In this document: one piece after another, positions 25,620-32,419 of the stretch
Numbering within the stretch: position 1 is the stretch's first letter
Layout of the letters: every line of letters starts with the position of its first letter
Source: Noviherbaspirillum sp. ST 5-3
Lineage (GTDB): Bacteria; Pseudomonadota; Gammaproteobacteria; Burkholderiales; Burkholderiaceae_D
DNA length: 40,000 nucleotides
NCBI RefSeq assembly: GCF_046267815.1
Contig: NZ_CP176528.1
Span: forward strand, 8,698 to 48,697
Direction: 5' to 3'
The notes under the pieces: generated by a model
What the model was told of the DNA's origin: nothing
What the model saw: the letters and a program-made list of their open reading frames with translations, nothing else
Database searches by the model: none
Translations under genes and position numbers: made by a program

Positions 25620-27454
25620 GTGTGCCGGGCATGGCACGTAACTATGCAGGTGCAAGTCCTGCAGCCAGGTTTTCGTAGAGCCGAAGGCTAGGAGAACGGC
25701 AAGGGCGTCGCCGCGAGGCGGGGTCTGAAGGAAGCCGAATCCAAAACTGCGGGGCGACGAACAGAAACCGGATATGAGGCGTGATGCATTCGGGGCGAGC
25801 GGGCACGTGACTGCGAAGCCCTCCATCTACGATTGGGATGCATTTTGTAAATCCGGCGCTCGCGCAGTGAAAGTGACGTGTCTTACCCCGGGAGGCCTGT
25901 CCGGTGCCACAGGAGTGGCTGGGAACTGAGAGATTGGTTTTGACCGCCGGGCAGGAGTCAGCAGAAGGCATAGTAGGTGCAAGGCCCTGCACCGAAGGCC
26001 GGAACAATAAATGATGCCAAACCTTGTAATGAGAAACGGGACTGCCCCTGATCGACAGCTAACGCTGCCGCTGGCCGAAAGGCCAGAGGGTGAACTCGTG
26101 GCTGGAGAGCAAGGGCTTCGTGCATCAACGGAAGACCTTACCCTGATGGCGCAGATACTCGCACGCGAGAATCTGAAACGCGCCTTGAAGCAGGTTCGTC
26201 AGAATCAGGGCGCACCGGGCATCGACGGCATGACGGTCGATGAACTTCCGGCGTACCTGAAACAGCATTGGCCGGAAATACGCGCCCAACTGGAGGCGGG
26301 ACAATACCACCCGCAAGCGGTCAAGCGCGTGGAAATTCCCAAGCCCGACGGCAAGAAACGGCCATTGGGCATTCCGACCGTGTTGGACCGCTTCATTCAG
26401 CAAGCCATTGCGCAAGTAATACAAGCGCAATGGGAACCGGCATTCCACGCCGACAGTTACGGCTTTCGACCCAACCGGAATGCACATCTGGCTATCTGGC
26501 AGGCGCAACGCACTATCCGTGAAGGCCATGGCTGGGTGGTGGATATCGACCTTGAAGCGTTCTTCGACCGCGTCAATCATGACCGGCTGATGCAGCGGCT
26601 CAAGCAGCATGTTCCCGACCGGCAGGTACTGCGGCTCATCAACCGCTATCTGAAGGCGGGGGTGCGGATTGGCAGCCAAACACAGGCAACGACAGCAGGC
26701 GTGCCGCAAGGCGGCCCACTGTCTCCGGTGGTAGCCAATGTCGTGCTGGATGAACTGGACTGGGAACTGGACAAGCGCGGCCATCGCTTTGCCCGCTATG
26801 CGGATGATTGCAACATCTTCGTGCGCAGTCAGCGTGCCGGCGAAAGGGTGATGGCAAGCATAGAGCGTTTCGTGCGTGACCGGCTGAAGCTCACAGTCAA
26901 TTCACGCAAGAGCGCAGTCGACCGACCATGGAATCGAAAATTCCTGGGCTTTACCATCAGCGCCAAGACCAAAGTGAAAGTGGCCGAACAGGCCATCTTC
27001 AAGCTCAAGGCGAAGGTAAAGGAGTTGACCCGTCGTACCAGAGGCCACCGTTTGAGCGATATCATCGTGGAGCTGAGAGAAACCCTGCTTGGTTGGAAAG
27101 CGTATTTCGGCATTGCCGAGGTACTGAGCCCTCTGCGGGATATAGACAAATGGATACGACGGCGGTTACGCTGCTATCAATGGAAACAATGGGGGCGAGC
27201 GGGATACCGTGAGCTGAGAAAGCGCGGTGTGACTGTGCGAGAAGCATGGAACTGCAGCAAATCGGCGCATGGACCTTGGCGCATCAGTATGGCTCCAGCC
27301 TTGCTGCTTGCGATGCCGAACCGATTGTTTCGCCAAATGGGGCTGCCTTCACTGGCAGCATGAGATCAACCGTATTTATTGAACCGCCGTGTACGTGACC
27401 CGTATGCACGGTGGTGTGGGAGGGAGGGGCTGCGAGGCTTCTTCCTATCCCGAT
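25620..27454 (+). mobile_element. Group II intron (bacterial, En-less, class C-like), 1835 bp
   Basis: - 5' end GTGTGCC (GUGYG).
- Intron-encoded RT/maturase ORF in the position of domain IV.
- Domain V-like hairpin at 27383-27415 (ACCGCCGTGTACG TGACC CGTATGC[AC]GGTGGT) with a 2-nt bulge on the 3' strand.
- Domain VI-like stem with a bulged A (..CCTATCCC) ending ..CGAT at 27454. Confidence 0.85.
26011..27363 (+). CDS. Group II intron reverse transcriptase/maturase (no endonuclease domain)
   Basis: RT blocks ...GAPGIDGMTV..., RPLGIPTVLDRFIQQA, GVPQGGPLSPVVANVVL and FARYADDCNIFV (YADD), followed by the maturase X region. It ends without a D/En domain. Confidence 0.9.
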   Translation: MMPNLVMRNGTAPDRQLTLPLAERPEGELVAGEQGLRASTEDLTLMAQILARENLKRALKQVRQNQGAPGIDGMTVDELPAYLKQHWPEIRAQLEAGQYHPQAVKRVEIPKPDGKKRPLGIPTVLDRFIQQAIAQVIQAQWEPAFHADSYGFRPNRNAHLAIWQAQRTIREGHGWVVDIDLEAFFDRVNHDRLMQRLKQHVPDRQVLRLINRYLKAGVRIGSQTQATTAGVPQGGPLSPVVANVVLDELDWELDKRGHRFARYADDCNIFVRSQRAGERVMASIERFVRDRLKLTVNSRKSAVDRPWNRKFLGFTISAKTKVKVAEQAIFKLKAKVKELTRRTRGHRLSDIIVELRETLLGWKAYFGIAEVLSPLRDIDKWIRRRLRCYQWKQWGRAGYRELRKRGVTVREAWNCSKSAHGPWRISMAPALLLAMPNRLFRQMGLPSLAA

Positions 27455-27720
27455 TGACCGGCCGCTTTCCCGTATTTAGCCGACGGTGGCGAAGACCACC
27501 GGACTGAATGCATACTTCGCCGATCACGCTGAAAACGAACATCGGAGCATGCAAAGGACTTATTCCGTGCCTTCCATGTATTCCGCGGACATCCATCACG
27601 TCCTCGATTTCCCCTGATGTCAGACCGCCGCCGACGCGGTGAACAGCCCTCTCGAACCGGCTGGATAAAGCCTGTCGCATGGGCTAAGCTGACAGGATTT
27701 CCAACCCTGATCTGAACGCG

Positions 27721-28743
27721 ATGACCAAGAAGACAATCCCCGCTACCCTTATTCCCGGCGATGGCATCGGCCCCGAAGTCACCGCGGCCACCGTCAAGGC
27801 GCTGGAGGCGCTCGGCAGCCCCTTTGCGTGGGAGACGCAGTACGCCGGCATGGCCGGTGTCGAGCGCTGCGGCGATCCGCTGCCGCAGGAGACGCTGGAC
27901 AGCATCCGCCGCAATGGGCTGGCCTTGAAAGGTCCGCTGACCACGCCGGTCGGCGCGGGGTTCCGTTCGGCCAACGTGCGCATGCGCGAGGCCTTCAAGC
28001 TGTTCGCCAATGTGCGTCCGGTGCGCACCATCATTCCCGGCCGCTACGAAGACATCGACATCGTGCTGATCCGCGAGAACATCGAAGGCTTGTACGTCGC
28101 GCATGAACACTTCATCCCGGTCGGCGACGACCCGCAGGCGGTGGCGGTTTCCACCGGCGTGAATACGCGCGAAGGCGCGCGCCGCATCGCGCGCTATGCC
28201 TTCGAGTACGCGGTCAAGCATGGGCGCAAGAAGATCACCATCGTGCACAAGGCCAACGTGCTGAAAGCCTTGACCGGCATCTTCCTGGAAGCCGGGCGCG
28301 AGGTGGCCAAGGAATACGAAGGCCGGGTTGCGGTCGATGACCGCATCGTCGATGCCTGCGCGATGCAGCTGGTGCTCAATCCCTGGCAGTTCGACATGCT
28401 GCTGTGCACCAACCTGTTCGGCGACATTTTGTCAGATGAGCTGGCCGGACTGGTCGGCGGATTGGGGCTGGCGCCCGGCGCCAACATCGGCAAGGACGCG
28501 GCGATCTTCGAGGCGGTGCATGGCTCCGCGCCGGACATCGCAGGCAAGGGCCTGGCCAATCCGATATCGCTGTTGCTGGCCGCCGGCCTGATGCTGGATC
28601 ACGTCGGGCAGAGCGATCTGGCGACACGCCTGCGCAACGGCATCCAGCAAACCCTGATGGAAGACCAGGTCCGCACCCGCGATCTCGGCGGCAGCGCCTC
28701 GACCGACGAATTCACCGCGGCCCTGGTCAAGCGCCTCGCCTGA
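27721..28743 (+). CDS. Isocitrate/isopropylmalate dehydrogenase-family NAD(P)-dependent dehydrogenase
   Basis: IPGDGIGPEV N-terminus, IRENIEGLY and NLFGDILSDELAGLVGGLGLAPGAN motifs. 340 aa. Confidence 0.85.
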   Translation: MTKKTIPATLIPGDGIGPEVTAATVKALEALGSPFAWETQYAGMAGVERCGDPLPQETLDSIRRNGLALKGPLTTPVGAGFRSANVRMREAFKLFANVRPVRTIIPGRYEDIDIVLIRENIEGLYVAHEHFIPVGDDPQAVAVSTGVNTREGARRIARYAFEYAVKHGRKKITIVHKANVLKALTGIFLEAGREVAKEYEGRVAVDDRIVDACAMQLVLNPWQFDMLLCTNLFGDILSDELAGLVGGLGLAPGANIGKDAAIFEAVHGSAPDIAGKGLANPISLLLAAGLMLDHVGQSDLATRLRNGIQQTLMEDQVRTRDLGGSASTDEFTAALVKRLA

Positions 28744-28860
28744 AGCGCCCTGCGGGCGCGCTCAGGAAAACAAATCTTTCCGATGCTACACTGGACGCAG
28801 CTTCGCGCTGCGTCGGTGGCATCCTGAATCCGGCCGGCGCGTTTCACTCTCAGGGAAAAC

Positions 28861-29841
28861 GTGAAAGACGCTGCGACACCATCCGGGATAGAAACCGAGC
28901 TCGAAAAATATCGTCGCCTGTTCCGCTCGATGCCGGACTATGCGACCTTCTCCATTCTGAAGACGGGCGAGTTCATCGACGTCAATCCCGGCTTCGAACG
29001 GCTGACCGGCTATCGGCGTGACGAAGTCATCGGCCGGACCTCGGCCAGCATCGATCTCTGGGTGCATCCCGAACATCGCGCGGCAATTGTCCAGCGCTTG
29101 CAGACGACGGAGACGACCTCCATCGAGACCCAGTTCCGCGACCGCTCCGGCAACATCTACGACGTGGATGCCTCCATGGCCATCTTCAACGTCAATGGCG
29201 AGGCATTGCTGGTGGCGACGGCGCGCGACGTGACCGCGCGCAAGCGCCAGGAGCAGGAGCTGGAGCAGTACCGCACGACGCTCGAAAAGCTGGTGGAACA
29301 GCGCACCATGGAGCTGGAATCGGCGATGCAAAAGCTCAAGGACCTGGCGGCGCATGATGAGCTGACGGGCGTCGGCAACCGGCGCGACCTCAACACCCAT
29401 CTTGAGCAGGAATGCGCGACATTCAAGCGGCTGGCCGTGCCGTCGAGCGTCGCAGTGTTCGACCTCGACAACTTCAAGATGGTCAACGACCGTTACGGCC
29501 ACGCGGCCGGCGACGAAGTGATCAAGGCATTTGCGCAGATCATCCGGCGCGAAATGCGGGTCGTCGATTATGTCGCGCGTTACGGCGGCGACGAGTTCGT
29601 GCTGCTGCTGAAAGGAATCACGGCGGAGGCGGCGCTGGTTCCGCTGGGCCGCATCCGCGAGGCGGTGCTGGCACATCCGTGGTCAGCGCTGATTCCGGAT
29701 GTCGCGCTGACGACCTCGATCGGCGTGGCCTCCTTCCATCCGTCCGAATCGGCGGACGACACCTTCCGCCGCGCCGACAAGGCCTTGTATCAGGCCAAGC
29801 TGGAGGGACGCAACCGGGTTGTCATCGCAGCGGCCCCATAG
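28861..29841 (+). CDS. PAS-domain diguanylate cyclase (GGDEF)
   Basis: N-terminal PAS region (..GFERLTGYRRDEVIGRT..), a coiled linker, then the GGDEF domain (HDELTGVGNRR ... RYGGDEFVLLL). GTG start; a slightly later start is possible. Confidence 0.8.
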   Translation: MKDAATPSGIETELEKYRRLFRSMPDYATFSILKTGEFIDVNPGFERLTGYRRDEVIGRTSASIDLWVHPEHRAAIVQRLQTTETTSIETQFRDRSGNIYDVDASMAIFNVNGEALLVATARDVTARKRQEQELEQYRTTLEKLVEQRTMELESAMQKLKDLAAHDELTGVGNRRDLNTHLEQECATFKRLAVPSSVAVFDLDNFKMVNDRYGHAAGDEVIKAFAQIIRREMRVVDYVARYGGDEFVLLLKGITAEAALVPLGRIREAVLAHPWSALIPDVALTTSIGVASFHPSESADDTFRRADKALYQAKLEGRNRVVIAAAP

Positions 29842-29994
29842 AGCGCCTATCAAAATGCTACTGCGCAGCCCGATCCTGAACCTGCGATGCTCACCGTACA
29901 TCACGTACGGCTGCGCTTCTCGATTCAGGCTAGGGCTGCTCGCTACGCATTTTGAAAGGCACTCTTGGCAAGCGCGGCGAGTGCTCATTCGCAC

Positions 29995-30177
29995 TTAGCT
30001 GCGCTCGACGGATTTCCTGTCCGATGCAGACGGCTGCGGGCGCAGCGCAGCCATCACCACCAGGCGTATGAGTTCCCTGTTCGTCTCCGCGTCCTCCCGG
30101 CGGGGATGACGCGGCAGCAGGCCTGCCTCGATCGCTTTCTTGATGGCCGCCTGCAGCATTTCATCAGTGAGGTTCAT
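29995..30177 (-). CDS. Small hypothetical protein (60 aa), third gene of the leader-peptide operon
   Basis: MNLTDEMLQAAIKKAIEAGLLPRHP..., with GAGG 6 nt upstream of the ATG. It starts 31 nt after the stop of the upstream peptide gene. No TM segment and no family recognised. Confidence 0.4.
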   Translation of the reverse strand: MNLTDEMLQAAIKKAIEAGLLPRHPRREDAETNRELIRLVVMAALRPQPSASDRKSVERS

Positions 30178-30208
30178 GGCGTACCTCGTCCTGGAACGGT
30201 TGCTATGC

Positions 30209-30472
30209 TCAGAAGCTCGCGTTGGCGTTCGCAAACTGCGTCGGGCTGACATCGAGCTTGAGCGGGCCGAAGCCGGCACCGATCACGCCAACGTTGTTCA
30301 GCGCGTTGACGTTGATGTTCTGCAGCTGGACGATGTTCTGGTTCACGCCGACGTTGACGTTGGCTACCGGGCCGAGCCCGGCGAGCCAGGAATTGCCGCC
30401 GCGTACGGATGACATGCTCTTGCGGTCGAGTTCCCTGGTCTGGTCGAGGTCGTGAATCGTGATGTGCGACAT
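30209..30472 (-). CDS. Double-glycine-leader peptide B (87 aa; 26-aa leader + 61-aa Asn/Val/Gln-rich core)
   Basis: MSHITIHDLDQTRELDRKSMSSVRGG | NSWLAGLGPVANVNVGVNQNIVQLQNINVNALNNVGVIGAGFGPLKLDVSPTQFANANASF. AAGGAGA RBS upstream of this ATG. Confidence 0.7.
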   Translation of the reverse strand: MSHITIHDLDQTRELDRKSMSSVRGGNSWLAGLGPVANVNVGVNQNIVQLQNINVNALNNVGVIGAGFGPLKLDVSPTQFANANASF

Positions 30473-30535
30473 GCTGTTCTCCTTGAATGCGTTGCGAACG
30501 GGCGGAGGCATTCGGCGCCTCCGCCGCAAATTGGA

Positions 30536-30838
30536 TTAGTGGCCGAAGTTGATGGTGTTGGTGCCGGTCTGGTGCGGGTTCACGTTGGCCGTGATGTTGT
30601 CCGCGAAGGCGACGTTGTTGCCGTTGTTGACGAGCGTGTTCTGGCTCTGGCCCAGCGCTTGCGTGGCGCTGAAGTTGAAGTCGCTCTTCGAGATGTCGGT
30701 CATCGGGCCGAAGAAGGACGGCATGTAAGGCGATGCGCCGGAATATTTGCTCATGCCCGTGCCGCCATGCACGCTGGCCATGGCTTTGCGGTCGAGTTCT
30801 TCGTTGCGGACGAGGTCTTTGATGATCAAGGTTTTCAT
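30536..30838 (-). CDS. Double-glycine-leader peptide A (100 aa; 26-aa leader + 74-aa core)
   Basis: MKTLIIKDLVRNEELDRKAMASVHGG | TGMSKYSGASPYMPSFFGPMTDISKSDFNFSATQALGQSQNTLVNNGNNVAFADNITANVNPHQTGTNTINFGH. AGGAGA RBS. The leader is paralogous to that of peptide B. Confidence 0.7.
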   Translation of the reverse strand: MKTLIIKDLVRNEELDRKAMASVHGGTGMSKYSGASPYMPSFFGPMTDISKSDFNFSATQALGQSQNTLVNNGNNVAFADNITANVNPHQTGTNTINFGH

Positions 30839-30910
30839 TGCGTTTCTCCTGAAAGGAATTAAAGGATTCGGGGTTGGTGTAGCGCGTTTCCTTGCGCTTG
30901 AAGGACATAC

Positions 30911-30926
30911 AGCAGGGAGCGTGCCA
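30911..30926 (-). promoter_or_regulatory. Candidate sigma54 (-24/-12) promoter for the peptide operon
   Basis: The minus strand reads cTGGCACGctccCTGCTg. TGGCAC-N5-CTGC has the correct GG-N10-GC spacing, with one mismatch to TTGC. It lies about 70 nt upstream of the peptide A ATG. Confidence 0.45.
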
Positions 30927-31009
30927 GTTGCTGCGAGCGCACCGCGAAGCGCGCGCAAGCGCTTGAAAATAAAGGAGAAATTCGGATCAGGCCGGCACGG
31001 AAGCGGCGC

Positions 31010-31034
31010 GATGCTTGACATGCGGACAAGCATC
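31010..31034. promoter_or_regulatory. Perfect 8-bp inverted repeat, candidate activator (UAS) site
   Basis: GATGCTTG-N9-CAAGCATC, located about 85-110 bp upstream of the -24 element on the minus strand. Confidence 0.3.
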
Positions 31035-31204
31035 GCTGATGGGGCGGGGCCAACACATTGGGACGCACTGTTCGTTTTGGTGCAACAGCTGGTGACGCGT
31101 GGGATGGCACGAGGGGGTGGGCGAGCGGAAGCGGGTGGCTAGCACCCGCTACGGCCTTGTCCGTTTGATCATGACGACGCGATGCGCCGCCTGCGTGTGT
31201 GGCC

Positions 31205-32194
31205 TCAGGCTTTCGCGGCCCCGCATTCCGGATTCAGCAGATTGGCCGGGTGGCCGCCGGTGAGCGCGGCAATCAGATTGTTCGCCGCAGTGTTCGCCAT
31301 CGCGCGCCGCGTCGGTTCGGATGCGCTGGCGATGTGCGGCGTCAGCACCACGTTCGACAGGCCGAGGAAATCCGGATTGAGTTTCGGTTCGTTTTCGAAC
31401 ACGTCCAGGCCCGCCGCCGCGATCTTTCCCGATCGCAGCGCCGCGATCAATGCCACATCGTCAACAATGCCGCCGCGCGCAATGTTCACCAGCGTGGCGG
31501 TCGGTTTCATCAGCGCCAGCTCGGCGGCGGCGATCGTGTGATGCGAGGCCGCGGAGTAGGGCAGGACCAGAATCACGTGATCGGCATTGCGCAGCAGATC
31601 TTCCTTGCCGACATAGCGCGCATGGTTGGCGGCGCGTTCCAGGTCTTCGCTCAGGCGCGAACGGTTGTGATAGATCACCTGCATGCCGAAGCCGGTCGAG
31701 CGGCGTGCAATCGCCTGCCCGATGCGGCCCATGCCGATGATGCCGAGCGTGGCGCCATGCACATCCGCGCCGAGGAAGGCGTCGTAACGCCATTTCTCCC
31801 ATTTCCCCGCGCGCAGCCAGTGCTCCGACTCGGTGATGCGGCGCGCGGTTGCCATCAGCAGCGCCCAGCCGAAATCGGCGGTAGTTTCATTGAGCACGTC
31901 GGGCGTGTTGGTCACCATGATGCCGGCCTTCGTCGCCGCATCGAGATCGATGTTGTTGTAGCCGACCGCCATGTTGCAGATCGCCTTGAGCTTCGGGCAG
32001 GCTGCGATGGTTTGCGCCGAGACGCGCTCGCTCGGCGTGGTGTAGACGCCGTCCTTGTCGCGCATTTTCTGCGCCAGCTCCTGCTCGGAAAAGATGCGGT
32101 CTTCCTGATTCGATTCGATGTCGAAATAGTGCGACAGGCGCTCCAGTACGTCGGGAAAGACGGCGCGGGTGACGAGGATGCTGGGTTTGGTCAT
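31205..32194 (-). CDS. D-isomer-specific 2-hydroxyacid dehydrogenase (glyoxylate/hydroxypyruvate reductase-like)
   Basis: Start at MTKPSILVTRAV. NAD motif GIIGMGRIGQAIARR, then NIARGGIVDD and LTPHIASAS. The track ORF start at 32326 is an unsupported extension. Confidence 0.85.
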   Translation of the reverse strand: MTKPSILVTRAVFPDVLERLSHYFDIESNQEDRIFSEQELAQKMRDKDGVYTTPSERVSAQTIAACPKLKAICNMAVGYNNIDLDAATKAGIMVTNTPDVLNETTADFGWALLMATARRITESEHWLRAGKWEKWRYDAFLGADVHGATLGIIGMGRIGQAIARRSTGFGMQVIYHNRSRLSEDLERAANHARYVGKEDLLRNADHVILVLPYSAASHHTIAAAELALMKPTATLVNIARGGIVDDVALIAALRSGKIAAAGLDVFENEPKLNPDFLGLSNVVLTPHIASASEPTRRAMANTAANNLIAALTGGHPANLLNPECGAAKA

Positions 32195-32302
32195 GGCTAT
32201 AGGCGAACGCTGGCTGGGGTGCTGAAATACTAACAGAGCAGCGCCGCGCGCGTTTGCCCGTTCAGGTCGTCGTGCAGGACGCTTGCATGAACTCACTGCT
32301 CT

Positions 32303-32376
32303 GTCCACGGAATACACGGAAATCACGGAAAGAACCGGTGTTGCTTTTTTCCGTGATTTCCGTGTATTCCGTGGAC
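32303..32376. repeat. REP-like hairpin element, intact copy (about 29-bp perfect stem)
   Basis: GTCCACGGAATACACGGAAATCACGGAAAG - loop AACCGGTGTTGC - TTTTTTCCGTGATTTCCGTGTATTCCGTGGAC. It lies between the MCP stop (32420) and the dehydrogenase start (32194). Confidence 0.85.
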
Positions 32377-32419
32377 GCTCTGCTGTTTGCCTCCACGGCG
32401 CCGGCCTTCATGCAATCGC

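Larger units (their letters stand above)
18890..27459. mobile_element. Chromosomal integron: intI (inactivated), LexA box, attI and 7 cassettes, with three secondary mobile-element insertions
   Basis: IntI-type tyrosine recombinase divergent from an array of short promoterless ORFs. Each ORF is followed by an imperfect palindrome of the form RYYYAAC-5nt-L''...L'-5/6nt-GTTRRRY. For 7 of 7 cassettes the first 6 nt complement that cassette's own R'' box. Confidence 0.9.

Noticed and set aside
27366-27680. 104-aa minus-strand ORF spanning the intron 3' end and flanking DNA
   Set aside because: It crosses the intron domain V/VI RNA structure and the attC junction, and has no RBS or recognisable motifs. 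It is most likely spurious.
27455-27720. Possible eighth cassette or attC remnant between the intron and the IDH-family gene
   Set aside because: There is no GGTCAA(C) box to partner the TTGACC start, no attC-like R''/L''/L'/R' architecture and no ORF. Only short 5-6 bp hairpins are present. The region is treated as the ordinary upstream region of the dehydrogenase gene.
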